Shown: one piece after another, positions 1-9,830 of the stretch
Layout: every line of letters starts with the position of its first letter
Numbering within the stretch: the stretch's first letter is position 1
From: Mycolicibacterium smegmatis
Lineage (GTDB): Bacteria; Actinomycetota; Actinomycetes; Mycobacteriales; Mycobacteriaceae
Assembly: GCF_001457595.1 (NCBI RefSeq)
Contig: NZ_LN831039.1
Coordinates: 4,140,001 to 4,172,000 of the forward strand
DNA length: 32,000 nucleotides
Reading direction: 5' to 3'
Program-made: the position numbers and the translations under genes
Notes under the pieces: generated by a model
What the model saw: only the letters and a program-made list of their open reading frames with translations
What the model was told of the DNA's origin: nothing
Database searches by the model: none

Positions 1-1
1 C

Positions 2-379
2 GCCCACGGCGTCGACGTCGACGCCGACTACGCCGAGGGACGCCCGCCCACCGTGAACGACCCCGATGAGACGGCGCTCGCCCGCGAGGTGATCATCGAG
101 ACCCTCGGTGAGAACCGATATGCCCCGCTGGCCAACCCCTTCACCGGTGCGGAGGACTTCGCACGGGTACTCGACGAGGTGCCCGGATGCTTCGTTGCAC
201 TCGGCGCGCTCCCGCCGGGCGCCGACCCCGACAAGGCGGCCTACAACCACAGTCCCCAGGCGGTGTTCGACGACTCGGTCCTGCCCGACGGCGCAGCACT
301 TTACGCCGAACTCGCCCATCGCAGGCTCAACGTCAACTCGGGGGCCACATCCGGGGCCACGACCCAGAAAGGCCGCTGA
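2..379 (+). CDS. M20-family amidohydrolase/peptidase, C-terminal fragment (truncated by window edge)
   Basis: Frame open from base 2: AHGVDVDADYAEGRPPTVNDPDETA...PLANPFTGAEDFARVLDEVPGCFVALGA, typical of the C-terminal end of M20 amidohydrolases (GAEDF motif). Stop overlaps the next start (tgATG). Confidence 0.85.
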   Translation, partial: AHGVDVDADYAEGRPPTVNDPDETALAREVIIETLGENRYAPLANPFTGAEDFARVLDEVPGCFVALGALPPGADPDKAAYNHSPQAVFDDSVLPDGAALYAELAHRRLNVNSGATSGATTQKGR

Positions 380-1656
380 TGCACCAGACGATTCAACCCC
401 GCACGACGTCACCGACCCGGCGTACGCCGCAACTGATCGGCACCGCGTTGGGCCACGCACTGGAGTGGTACGACTGGGGCATTTACGCGATCTTCGTGCC
501 GTTCTTCGCCACCCAGTTCTTCGATGACAGCAACCAGTTGTCGGCGGTGTTGTCGAGCCTCGCGGTGTTCGCGGTCGGGTTCGTCGCACGCCCGGTCGGT
601 GGATTCGTGTTCGGTTGGCTGGCCGATCGTGCCGGACGACGCACGGCGATGATGGCGACCGTGGTGACGATCGCCGCGGCGAGCTTCGCCATCGGCGTCG
701 CACCGACATACGCCGAGATCGGCGCGTGGGCATCGCTGATCCTGCTGCTGGCCCGCATCGTTCAGGGTCTCGCCTGCGGCGGCGAACTGCCCTCGGCCCA
801 GACCTACCTGTCAGAGATCGCCCCCGCGAATCGGCGCGGTGTCTGGTCGAGCATCATCTACATCTCCAGCGTCTTCGGCAACACAGTGGGTGTACTGCTC
901 GGCCTGGTGCTGACGCTCACCCTGTCCGAGGCCGACATGCACGCCTACGGCTGGCGGATCCCGTTCCTCCTGGGCGGCGTGTTCGGTCTCGTGGCCATCT
1001 ACATGCGACGAAAAATGCCCGAGACCGAGGCCTTCACCCAGGCGGATCGCCGACGCCCTCGACTGTGGCCCGAACTCGTCCGCCACCGCGGGCAGGCGCT
1101 GCGCGTCATCGGCCTGTCCGTCGGGTTCACGGTGTTCTACTACTCGTGGGTGGTGGCCGCACCCGCCTACGCGATCAGCTCGCTGCACGTGTCGTCGGCC
1201 GGGGCGCTGTGGGCCGGCGTGACGTCGAGCATCCTCCTGATGGCGTTGATGCCGTTGTGGGGCAGACTGTCTGATCGCATCGGTCGCAAACCCGTCCTGC
1301 TCATCTCGACGGTCGGTGGTGCGGCGACGCTCTTTCCGGTGCAGTTCCTGGTGCGCGACAGCGCCTGGCAACTGTTCGCGGGTATGACGATCGCCGCAGT
1401 GTTCATCTCCGCCGGGGTGTCCATCCTGCCCGCGGTGTACGCCGAGATGTTCCCCACCGGAATCCGTGCGCTCGGTCTGGCAGTGCCGTACTCCGTGGCC
1501 GTAGCGGTATTCGGCGGGACGGCCCCGTACCTGCAGACGTGGATCGGCGCGAACCTGGGACCGCTCTTCTACACCGGATACTGCGTGTTGCTGCTGCTGG
1601 CCTCCACACTGGTGATCATCAGGATGCCGGAGACCCGCGGAAAGGACCTGACGTGA
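379..1656 (+). CDS. MFS transporter, MHS (metabolite:H+ symporter)-like
   Basis: ORF with GTALGHALEWYDWGIYAIFVPFFATQFF, GWLADRAGRRTAMM and RRGVWSSIIYISS; many hydrophobic TM stretches. ATG at 379 overlaps the stop of the upstream gene. Confidence 0.9.
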   Translation: MHQTIQPRTTSPTRRTPQLIGTALGHALEWYDWGIYAIFVPFFATQFFDDSNQLSAVLSSLAVFAVGFVARPVGGFVFGWLADRAGRRTAMMATVVTIAAASFAIGVAPTYAEIGAWASLILLLARIVQGLACGGELPSAQTYLSEIAPANRRGVWSSIIYISSVFGNTVGVLLGLVLTLTLSEADMHAYGWRIPFLLGGVFGLVAIYMRRKMPETEAFTQADRRRPRLWPELVRHRGQALRVIGLSVGFTVFYYSWVVAAPAYAISSLHVSSAGALWAGVTSSILLMALMPLWGRLSDRIGRKPVLLISTVGGAATLFPVQFLVRDSAWQLFAGMTIAAVFISAGVSILPAVYAEMFPTGIRALGLAVPYSVAVAVFGGTAPYLQTWIGANLGPLFYTGYCVLLLLASTLVIIRMPETRGKDLT

Positions 1657-2471
1657 ATGCTTCCCTGCTCGACGCCCTTGCCGCCGCGCGGCCACGAATC
1701 ATCGACCTCGCGCAACCTCTGCAGGAGGGAATGCCCTGCTCCCCCACACATCCCGGGTTCCGCATGGCGCTCAGCCGCAGGCACGGCGACGTCGCGCGTC
1801 CGGACGGGATGACGGGTTCACACGAAATGCTCGTCCTCGGCGGACACGTCGGCACCCACATGGACGCACTCGCCCACGTCGCGGTCGACGGCTACTTCCA
1901 CGGCGGCACACCGGTCACCGTGACCGACGGACGCTATGCCAGTCACGGGATCGACGAGGTTCCACCGCTGGTATGCCGGGGTGTGCTCGTCGACGTGCCA
2001 AAACTGCGCGGTGTGGACCGCCTGCCTCCGGGCGAACCGGTCACCGCGGCAGATCTGCGTGACGCCGACATCCGCCACGGCGATGTCGTGCTCATCCGGA
2101 CCGGGTGGGCGCAACTGTGGCACAACCCGGACGCCTACATCGGCACCGACAGCGGCGTGCCCGGTCTCACCACCGACGGTGCGCGACACCTTGTCGCAGC
2201 CGGTGCCCGCGTCGTCGGGGCCGACACCCTCGCACTTGAGCACATTCCCCCTGGAGCCGGCTTCGCCAACCTGCCTGTACATCGGATTCTCCTGCAGGAC
2301 AGTGGGATGAACATCATCGAGGCAATGAACCTCGAAGCGCTGGCACACACCGGTGCGCGGGAGTTCGTGTTCGTCGGCGCTCCCCTGCCGGTCGTCGGGG
2401 CGACCGGCGCACCGATCCGACCGCTCGCGCTGGTGGAAGAGCAGCACGTTGGTAGCGGTGGACAGACATGA
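1653..2471 (+). CDS. Cyclase family protein (kynurenine-formamidase/isatin-hydrolase-like metal hydrolase)
   Basis: HVGTHMDALAH matches the HxGTHxDxxxH cyclase-family signature; RIIDLAQPLQEGMP at the N-terminus; GTG start overlaps the MFS stop (gtga). Confidence 0.85.
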   Translation: MNASLLDALAAARPRIIDLAQPLQEGMPCSPTHPGFRMALSRRHGDVARPDGMTGSHEMLVLGGHVGTHMDALAHVAVDGYFHGGTPVTVTDGRYASHGIDEVPPLVCRGVLVDVPKLRGVDRLPPGEPVTAADLRDADIRHGDVVLIRTGWAQLWHNPDAYIGTDSGVPGLTTDGARHLVAAGARVVGADTLALEHIPPGAGFANLPVHRILLQDSGMNIIEAMNLEALAHTGAREFVFVGAPLPVVGATGAPIRPLALVEEQHVGSGGQT

Positions 2472-2477
2472 GGGGCC

Positions 2478-3854
2478 CTACACCGTCTTCGTCACAGGCT
2501 CGCTGGGTTCCGGCGCGGAATCTGATGCGCGTTCAACGTTGTCGAGATCGCGCTCTGAGGTTTCCGGAGCGAGGTATGCGGCGATGACCGTCAGCACGCT
2601 TGCCAACGAGATGTACATCGCGACAGCAGTCACCGAACCGGTGGTGTCCAGGAGGGTTGATGCGATCATGGGGGCAAAGCCGCCGCCGACGACTCCGATG
2701 AGCATGTAGCCCAACGACACTCCGGTGTAACGGAAGCGGGTGTCGAACAGTTCGGCGATGAACGCCGCGAGCACACCGTACATCGCACCCTGGAACACCA
2801 TGGCCACGGATACCGCCAGAACCATCAGAGCGAAGTTTCCGGTTCCCATCAACGGATACACCGCAAACGCCCACACTGCCATCCCCACACCGCCCACAAG
2901 GAATGGGACACGGCGCCCGAGCCGGTCACTGAGTCGTCCGAAGCAGAGAATTGACAGCAACTGGACAACCGCACCGACCGATATCGCGTTCAGTACGGCA
3001 GACCTGGAGATGTCGGTGTGCTGAGTCACGTACGACAGTGAGAACACATTGATCACGAAATACGCGACCTGTTGGCCAAGTCCGAGAAGCACCACGAGCA
3101 GAATCATTTTGGGCGCGTATCGCAGCACCTGCAAGATGGGGGCCTTGGCCTCCTGAGTTCCGTGCCGGCGGCTCCGGGTGAATACAGATGACTCCATGAT
3201 CTTCACCCGAATCAACAGGCCCACCAACACCAGGGGTGCACTGAGCAAGAATGGAACTCGCCAACCCCATGCCAAGAACTGTTCTTCGGTCATGAGAGCG
3301 CTCACCGCTGACAGGGTGGCAGTCGACAGCAGGAATCCGATCGGCGAGGCCGATTGTGTCCAACTACCAGCAGAACCTCGCGTGTGTTCAGCTCCGTCCT
3401 GTTCGACCACCATCAATACGGCGCCGCCCCATTCACCGCCGATGCCTATGCCTTGAATCAGCCGGCACAACACCAACAGGATGGGCGCGAGAATACCGAT
3501 CGTGCTGTAGGTGGGCAGAAGCCCGATTGCCACTGTCGCCGCGCCCATCAGCAAGATGGTCGTGACAAGCGCCGCCTTGCGTCCCACTCGGTCACCGATG
3601 TGACCGAAGATGATGCCGCCGACCGGCCGGGCGAAGAACCCCACACCAAATGTTGCCAGTGCCAATAACGTACCCACCGCCGGCGCCATGTCCGGAAAGA
3701 ACAATTTGCCGAACACCAGCGCGGCTACGGATCCGTAGATGTTGAAGTCGTACCACTCGATCGTGGTACCGACCATGCTCGCGATGACCGTGCGCCGACG
3801 GCCCGATCCTCGGGCGGAGGTGTCAGTCGGTGCATCAGGAACTGAAGGGCTCAT
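2478..3854 (-). CDS. MFS transporter, MHS family (shikimate/metabolite:H+ symporter-like)
   Basis: VGTTIEWYDFNIYGSVAALVFGKLFFPDMAPAVGTLLALATFGVGFFARPVGGIIFGHIGDRVGRKAAL is the classic MHS signature. Confidence 0.92.
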   Translation of the reverse strand: MSPSVPDAPTDTSARGSGRRRTVIASMVGTTIEWYDFNIYGSVAALVFGKLFFPDMAPAVGTLLALATFGVGFFARPVGGIIFGHIGDRVGRKAALVTTILLMGAATVAIGLLPTYSTIGILAPILLVLCRLIQGIGIGGEWGGAVLMVVEQDGAEHTRGSAGSWTQSASPIGFLLSTATLSAVSALMTEEQFLAWGWRVPFLLSAPLVLVGLLIRVKIMESSVFTRSRRHGTQEAKAPILQVLRYAPKMILLVVLLGLGQQVAYFVINVFSLSYVTQHTDISRSAVLNAISVGAVVQLLSILCFGRLSDRLGRRVPFLVGGVGMAVWAFAVYPLMGTGNFALMVLAVSVAMVFQGAMYGVLAAFIAELFDTRFRYTGVSLGYMLIGVVGGGFAPMIASTLLDTTGSVTAVAMYISLASVLTVIAAYLAPETSERDLDNVERASDSAPEPSEPVTKTV

Positions 3855-3927
3855 GTTGTCCTCGATAGTTGTTCGTAATGCCGGAAATCACGGGGTCGCA
3901 ATATGGCACCGCCCCATGGTCTGAGTG

Positions 3928-3947
3928 TCACGAGAACGGTCTCGTGA
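3928..3947. promoter_or_regulatory. Perfect inverted repeat TCACGAGA-ACGG-TCTCGTGA (candidate operator or hairpin)
   Basis: 8-bp perfect arms and 4-nt spacer in the 152-bp gap between the racemase-like gene and the MHS transporter. Confidence 0.4.
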
Positions 3948-4006
3948 GGTGTGTGCGTGCGTATTCGTCACCGCCACTGATGCGCAGATCTTTCTGGCGC
4001 TCCGAA

Positions 4007-4807
4007 TCACGTCCTTGCTAGCGTCTCGCCGGCCAGACCTGCACCATGAGACAGTCGAGATCCCCAGCGCGCGTCCAAGGGGGCTGCCCCCACCATCGCC
4101 AGGCACACCGCGAGTGTGACCGCGACTGAATCCAGCACGGGGACACCGAGTTCGGCTTCGAGCGCCTCGACCGCGTCGGCGCCACGCAGATTGGTGCAGA
4201 CGTACGCAATCGCGTCAGGGGCGGCTGCGGCGACGTGGCGAGTGGGGCTGCCCAACTCGTGCGGTTGTATTCGGGCGATGTCGGTCGTCTCGGTGAGGCC
4301 GAAGCCCTGCGTTGAGATAACCGTCACGCCTTCTGCACGGTAGGACTCACCGATCCTGGCATTCATGTAGTCGGGGTATGGCGTGACAATGCCGAGCCGG
4401 TGGACACCAAGGGCGCCGAACACCGCCATGAACGCCAGGGTGCTGGTGACGGCCCGCACTCCTGTCGCCCGAGAGATCGCATCAGTGATCGCGCGGTCGT
4501 GAGAGGTGCCCAACCAGGACCCGGCCGTGCCGTTCCAGGCGATCAGGTCGACGTCGGCGGTGGCGAGCAGAGTAGCGGCCGCCTGCATTGCCCCAGTGTC
4601 GAACTGGGCGTCTGACGTATCGTCGAGACCGACCCGTGTTACCGGCGTACGAGTGAAGTGGACGGTCACGTCGCACCGATTGTCGAGCATCCGGTAGGTC
4701 AGAGGCTCCAGGCACGTGTTCGAGGACGGCACGATCATCCCGATGCGCGCCGTCTTCCTCACGTTCGGGTCCGAATCATCAGACCGCACGGGTGATGCCG
4801 CCGTCAT
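4007..4807 (-). CDS. Asp/Glu racemase superfamily protein (maleate isomerase/arylmalonate decarboxylase/hydantoin racemase-like)
   Basis: ARIGMIVPSSNTCLEP, DVDLIAWNGTAGSWLG and DAIAYVCTNLRGADAVEALEAELGVPVLDS, typical of the maleate isomerase/AMDase branch. Confidence 0.8.
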   Translation of the reverse strand: MTAASPVRSDDSDPNVRKTARIGMIVPSSNTCLEPLTYRMLDNRCDVTVHFTRTPVTRVGLDDTSDAQFDTGAMQAAATLLATADVDLIAWNGTAGSWLGTSHDRAITDAISRATGVRAVTSTLAFMAVFGALGVHRLGIVTPYPDYMNARIGESYRAEGVTVISTQGFGLTETTDIARIQPHELGSPTRHVAAAAPDAIAYVCTNLRGADAVEALEAELGVPVLDSVAVTLAVCLAMVGAAPLDARWGSRLSHGAGLAGETLART

Positions 4808-5567
4808 TGGTGATCGTGGTGCCGTTGAGGTATGCCGCCCGCGGCGATGCCAGAAACGCGATCGAGTAGGCGATGTCGCGGGCGCTGGGGATGTACGGCA
4901 AAGGGAGGCCGGCCAGGAACCGTTCCTCGGCCTCCTCCGGAGTGCAGTTCCAGTCCCGGGCGTTTGCGGCGAACTGTTTGACCAGGCGAGCTGTCCGGAC
5001 CGGTCCCGGGCACACCGTGTTGATGATGACTCCTTGGGCCCCGACCTGCAGTGACAGGGACTTGCTGAAATTCAGGATCGCCGCGTTCGCGGCGGCTCCC
5101 GGCATGTGGTATTCCAGCGCCTGCTTACCGGAGTTGCCCGCAACGTTGACGATTCGTCCACTACCTGTCTTCAACAGATGTGGCAGAGCCGCGCGAGTCA
5201 TCCGAATGAACCCGAACAGCTTGAGATTGATGTCTGCCACCCACTGCTCATCGGTGATGTCACCAAAGCCGCCGAAGGATGATGCGCCGGCATTGTTGAT
5301 CAGGATGTCCAGGCCGCCGAGTTCATCGACGGCGTCGTTCACCACCGCATCGAACACCGATTTGTCGCTGAGGTCGGCGGCAAGCGGTACGGCCTTGACG
5401 CCTGTCTTGGACGCGATAGAGTCGCAACCCTCTTTGAGCACATTCGCGCGGCGGGCCACCAAGGCCACATCGACGCCCTCTTCTGCGAGTAGTTCGGCCG
5501 CAGCGAGGCCGATGCCATCGCTGGCACCCGAGATCAACGCCCGCTTGCCCTTCAAACCCAGGTCCAC
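4779..5567 (-). CDS. SDR family oxidoreductase
   Basis: GKRALISGASDGIG (TGxxxGxG-like), NNAG, and FSKSLSLQVGAQGVIINTVCPGPVRT. Confidence 0.9.
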   Translation of the reverse strand: MDLGLKGKRALISGASDGIGLAAAELLAEEGVDVALVARRANVLKEGCDSIASKTGVKAVPLAADLSDKSVFDAVVNDAVDELGGLDILINNAGASSFGGFGDITDEQWVADINLKLFGFIRMTRAALPHLLKTGSGRIVNVAGNSGKQALEYHMPGAAANAAILNFSKSLSLQVGAQGVIINTVCPGPVRTARLVKQFAANARDWNCTPEEAEERFLAGLPLPYIPSARDIAYSIAFLASPRAAYLNGTTITNDGGITRAV

Positions 5568-5623
5568 GGCTTCTCCCTACCTATCGAGTGTCGTATCTAA
5601 TTGGGAAACTGCGAATTTCGTTA

Positions 5624-6940
5624 TCACGGATGACCAGCACCGGCCGCATCAAGCGAACCATCAAGCATGCGCGCCACGACCTCGGTGAGTAGATCCACCC
5701 CGCTGCAGAGGTCTTCGTCGGAGGTGTACTCGGCCTCGGCGTGAGAAATTCCTTCCACGCTGGGAACGAACAGCATCACCGACGGGACGATCTCCTTCAT
5801 GTTGGTCGAGTCGTGGCCGGCCCTGGTCTGCACCAACATGCTGCTGATTCCGAGGTCGTTGGCGGCGTCACGGGCCAACTCCACTCCTTGAGGCTGGTAA
5901 TGGTGGCCGGGCCACACATGAGCCTTGCGGTGTTCGACCTTGACTCCGGCGCGGATCTCGGCCTCTGCGATGCGCCTTCGCAATGCCGCATCGGCTGCCG
6001 CCAGCAGTTCATCGTTGTCCGAACGTAAGTCGAGGTGCATGTGTACTTCACGTGGCACGACGACGGGCGAGTTCGGCAATACCGTCAACTGCCCGCAACT
6101 GGTGTGCAACTCTTCGCCGAACTCATCGGCGATGTCACGCAACGCCACCACGATCAGGGCCGCGCCCAACAGCGCATCCTGACGGTCTTCGATGGCGGTT
6201 GCACCGGTATGCCCCTGGATGCCGACGACGTTCAATTCGTACTTGTTCGCTGCCCAGGTGCGGTCCACCAACCCGATGGTCACGTTGTTCTTCTCCAACT
6301 CGCGACCCTGTTCGATGTGAATCTCGGCGTACGCTGCCAACTGCCGCGGCCCGGTGGAGGAGAACACTTCTCGATCACCGATGCCGTTGATCGCCGCGAG
6401 CGCGTCACGGACGGATACGCCGTCGTCGTCAGTGGTGTTGAGTGCCTCTTCGAGATCGAGAGTTCCGGTGAATACCGCGCTGCCCATCATCGACGGCTTG
6501 AATCGTGAGCCCTCTTCATTGAACCAATCGACGACCGCGACGTTGTACCGCGGCGTGAAGCCGGACCGGGTGACGTATCGACGGGTCCGGTCAGCGGCGA
6601 CGGCACCGGCCAGTACTCCGTACGCTCCATCGAACCGGCCACCGCGCGGTTGGCTGTCGAGATGCGAACCCACAAGAACATATGGGGCGCCCGGATTGAA
6701 TTCCAACAACCCGAAGAGGTTTCCGATCGGGTCGACTTCAACCGAAAATCCTCGGGTGCGCAACCAACGAGACAACCAATCCCGCATCTGACCGTCCTCG
6801 GCGGTGCCCGCCTGACGCTCGACACCTCCTGCCGGCGTCGCTCCGATGGCCTCCAGTTCGGCCCAGGAGTCAAGGAACTCGCGATCGCGGCCGGTGTCGA
6901 GCGGGATTCGCAGGTTGGTTGCGTTGACGGGCACAGTCAT
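5624..6940 (-). CDS. M20 Zn-dependent hydrolase, N-carbamoyl-L-amino acid / beta-alanine amidohydrolase (allantoate amidohydrolase family)
   Basis: From MTVPVNATN...: GSHLDSQPRGGRFDGAYGV, FNEEGSRFKPSMMGS, AEIHIEQGRELE, RAGHDSTNMK. Confidence 0.92.
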   Translation of the reverse strand: MTVPVNATNLRIPLDTGRDREFLDSWAELEAIGATPAGGVERQAGTAEDGQMRDWLSRWLRTRGFSVEVDPIGNLFGLLEFNPGAPYVLVGSHLDSQPRGGRFDGAYGVLAGAVAADRTRRYVTRSGFTPRYNVAVVDWFNEEGSRFKPSMMGSAVFTGTLDLEEALNTTDDDGVSVRDALAAINGIGDREVFSSTGPRQLAAYAEIHIEQGRELEKNNVTIGLVDRTWAANKYELNVVGIQGHTGATAIEDRQDALLGAALIVVALRDIADEFGEELHTSCGQLTVLPNSPVVVPREVHMHLDLRSDNDELLAAADAALRRRIAEAEIRAGVKVEHRKAHVWPGHHYQPQGVELARDAANDLGISSMLVQTRAGHDSTNMKEIVPSVMLFVPSVEGISHAEAEYTSDEDLCSGVDLLTEVVARMLDGSLDAAGAGHP

Positions 6941-6974
6941 CACTTGTCTCCTGGTCTCGATGAAAGATTGGTTT

Positions 6975-6989
6975 TCTGAACGGTTCAGA
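6975..6989. promoter_or_regulatory. 15-bp palindrome TCTGAAC-G-GTTCAGA (candidate operator)
   Basis: 7-bp perfect arms with a 1-nt centre. It spans the gap between two co-directional genes and the hydantoinase stop codon. Confidence 0.3.
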
Positions 6990-8403
6990 TCAGGTATTGC
7001 GACAGCCCGCGTTTGAGGAAGACGCCGTGACCCTTGCGGCCCAGGTATCGTCCGCGGTCGACAACGATCGTGCCTCGCGACAAAACCGTCTGCACACAGC
7101 CCTCGACTTCGAAGCCCTCCCATGTGGAGTGGTCGACGTTCGAATGGTGGTTCTTCTCGAATCCGATCGACGTACGTCCGTCAGGGTCGTAGATCACCAC
7201 GTCGGCGTCCGCTCCCGGTGAGACGATGCCCTTTCGGGGGTAGAGTCCGAACATGCGGGCGGGGGTCGTCGCACACACGTCAACCCACCGCTGAAGACTC
7301 AACTTGCCGTTGACGACACCCTGGTACATCAGATCGATTCGGTGCTCGACCCCTGACATCCCGTTCGGAATCTTGGAGAAGTCACCGAGTCCCATCTCTT
7401 TCTGCCCTTTGAAGCAGAACGGGCAATGGTCGGTCGACACTGTCGCGACATCTCCGGTCCGGATGTAGCGCCACAGCTCCTCTTGATGCCCCTCCTCGTG
7501 GGAGCGCAGCGGTGTGGAGCACACCCACTTGGCGCCTTCGAATCCCGGTGCCGCCAGTTGCTCTTCCAGGGACAGGTACAGGTACTGGGGACATGTCTCG
7601 GCGAAAACATTGGCGCCGCTACCACGCGCGCCGGCGATTTGCTCCATCGCCTGCTTGGCTGAGACGTGAACCACGTACAACGGCGCCCCGGTGATCTTTG
7701 CCAGCATGATGGCGCGGTGTGTGGCTTCCTCTTCCAACTCCCAAGGCCGCGATACCCCGTGATAGTAGGGCGATGTCTCACCCCGTTCGATGTGCTGGGC
7801 GACCAGTTGATCGATGGCAATACCATTCTCTGCGTGCATCATTGTTAACGCGCCGTTACCGGCACATTGCTGCATGGCACGCAAGATCTGGCCGTCGTCG
7901 GAGTAGTACACCCCCGGATACGCCATGAAGAGTTTGAAACTCGTCACACCTTCAGCGACCAGTTCATCCATCGCCTTGAGGGCGTCTGTATCGACACCGC
8001 CCAGGATCTGGTGAAAGCCGTAGTCGACAGCGCAGTTTCCCCGCGCCTTCGCGTGCCAGGCCGCCAGGGTGTCCTGCACCCTCTCCCCCTGCCGCTGGAT
8101 CGCAAAATCGATGATCGTGGTGGTGCCCCCGAATGCCGCAGCGCGAGTGCCTGTCTCGAACGTGTCAGACGCGACAGTGCCCCCAAAAGGCATCTCCATG
8201 TGCGTATGGGCATCGACTCCGCCGGGAATGACGTACTTACCCTTCGCCTCGAGCACGTGGTCGAAAGTCCGGTCGGGATCGTCGAAGGGCGCCAGTTCGG
8301 GATCGACGAGAGCAGCTATGCGCTCACCGTCGATGAGCACGTCGAGGTCCTGGCAACCGGTGGGTGAAACGACGGTGCCGCCGCGGATGTACGTCGTGGC
8401 CAT
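6985..8403 (-). CDS. D-hydantoinase / dihydropyrimidinase
   Basis: GKYVIPGGVDAHTHMEMPFGG, carboxylated-Lys context TSFKLFMAYPGVYYSDDGQ, MMHAENG, VHVSAKQ, STDHCPF; start MATTYIRGGTVVS. Confidence 0.93.
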   Translation of the reverse strand: MATTYIRGGTVVSPTGCQDLDVLIDGERIAALVDPELAPFDDPDRTFDHVLEAKGKYVIPGGVDAHTHMEMPFGGTVASDTFETGTRAAAFGGTTTIIDFAIQRQGERVQDTLAAWHAKARGNCAVDYGFHQILGGVDTDALKAMDELVAEGVTSFKLFMAYPGVYYSDDGQILRAMQQCAGNGALTMMHAENGIAIDQLVAQHIERGETSPYYHGVSRPWELEEEATHRAIMLAKITGAPLYVVHVSAKQAMEQIAGARGSGANVFAETCPQYLYLSLEEQLAAPGFEGAKWVCSTPLRSHEEGHQEELWRYIRTGDVATVSTDHCPFCFKGQKEMGLGDFSKIPNGMSGVEHRIDLMYQGVVNGKLSLQRWVDVCATTPARMFGLYPRKGIVSPGADADVVIYDPDGRTSIGFEKNHHSNVDHSTWEGFEVEGCVQTVLSRGTIVVDRGRYLGRKGHGVFLKRGLSQYLI

Positions 8404-8611
8404 GGGAACAGATCGTATGGCTGCCAACGTCACCATGCCCATGTTCACGGTGCAACGCGTTCTGTCACACACGTTGTGCACGAGCACATCTCATGCGGGG
8501 TGCCGCCGAGCGATTCGCCGCGCCGATTGGGCACCGCGTCAACTCCGCAGCGAGTATCGCCGGATCTGGTCACCCGTCGTTACGCCGAAAAGTGCAGTAC
8601 CCTCCCCTGTC

Positions 8612-9757
8612 ATGCGCAGTTTGGCCTGTAGTCGCGCCGATACCAAGGTCCGTTGGCGGGCGTTGCTGCAGAATCTCGGCGACATGCTCGACGATCTCGC
8701 CGACGATTACCTGATGCGAGTGGACAGCGGCGCTCGGTTCTATGACAACGTGCCCTCTGAGGAAGATCTGCGCGACGCTGCCCGGCTTGCGTTCCGCTAT
8801 TTGCTCGACACCCTCCTGGAACGGCCGATGAGTCGCAGGCTCATCGAGTTTCCCGCCGCGGTCGGCTCTTTGCGCGCGACACAAGGCATAGCGCTGGAAA
8901 ATCTCACCGCAGCCGTTCGCACCGACTTCCTGGTCGCCTGGTCTGCACTCCTACGCCTCGCCGGTGAAGACGACATGGCCATCTTGGCGTTGCACGTCGA
9001 CGTGCTCTGGAAAACGGTCGACGACTTCACGATTCAGGTGCAGCGAGGGTACCTGGACCAGCGACTGGCGATGGCACGCACAAGCGCTCTGGAACAGCAA
9101 CACACCCTTTCGGACCTGTTTTGCCGTGAACCCGCACCGACCACAGTCCGGCGTGCCGCCCAGATCCTGGGACTCGAAGAGACAGCGACCTATTGGATCA
9201 TCGGCACACCCAGCGAGGAGGCTGGGCGTTCGGTGGCAAGGCGTCTGCTCAACAAGCACCTCACCCCCTTCGAGTACATCGACCGCGGGATAGCACTCAT
9301 CTTGGTGGCAGCCGATGGCCGCTGGGCCGACGACGAGGCAGTGGTGGCGGATGTGATGAGCGGCCTCGACGGCGCCGTAGCACCCCGATCGGTACCGCTG
9401 GCCGACGTGCATCGGGCCGCCGCGACAGTCCGCATGTTGGTTGACCTGGGCAAGAGCGGCGCGACCACACTGCTCCGTTCGTGGGTCCACCTGTCGATGG
9501 CCCAGTTGTCGGAGGTGATCGATGATCTGCGGGGCTACGTGCTGGATCCCCTGAGGAAGGTACACGATCGGGAACTGATCGTGGAGACCATCCAGACGTT
9601 CGCCGACAACGGATCGGTGGCCGATACGGCATCGGTGCTCTACTGCCACCGCAACACGGTCATGAACCGGATTCGACGCTTCGAGGAAGCCACCGGCATC
9701 AGCCTGCGAAGCCCGCGTTCTCTTGCGATGGTGCAATTGTGTCTACTGCCTGCCTGA
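8612..9757 (+). CDS. PucR/CdaR-type transcriptional regulator
   Basis: C-terminal HTH VETIQTFADNGSVADTASVLYCHRNTVMNRIRRFEEATGISLRSPRSLAMVQLCLL; divergent from the hydantoinase operon. Confidence 0.88.
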   Translation: MRSLACSRADTKVRWRALLQNLGDMLDDLADDYLMRVDSGARFYDNVPSEEDLRDAARLAFRYLLDTLLERPMSRRLIEFPAAVGSLRATQGIALENLTAAVRTDFLVAWSALLRLAGEDDMAILALHVDVLWKTVDDFTIQVQRGYLDQRLAMARTSALEQQHTLSDLFCREPAPTTVRRAAQILGLEETATYWIIGTPSEEAGRSVARRLLNKHLTPFEYIDRGIALILVAADGRWADDEAVVADVMSGLDGAVAPRSVPLADVHRAAATVRMLVDLGKSGATTLLRSWVHLSMAQLSEVIDDLRGYVLDPLRKVHDRELIVETIQTFADNGSVADTASVLYCHRNTVMNRIRRFEEATGISLRSPRSLAMVQLCLLPA

Positions 9758-9830
9758 TCAGTTGACCTGGTGGGTTCTGCGCATTGTCCGAGAGTCGTCG
9801 TGACAGGTGGACCGAAGAGTCGCGGTGGCA

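Noticed and set aside
4779-4807. 29-bp overlap of the SDR end and racemase-like start as a special frameshift or coupling element
   Set aside because: Most simply ordinary operon overlap or a slightly later true start; no slippery sequence seen.
8069-8611. N-terminal extension of the PucR ORF as annotated in the six-frame track
   Set aside because: Overlaps the divergent hydantoinase and its promoter region. The sequence is antisense of hydantoinase and has no domain, so start 8612 is preferred.
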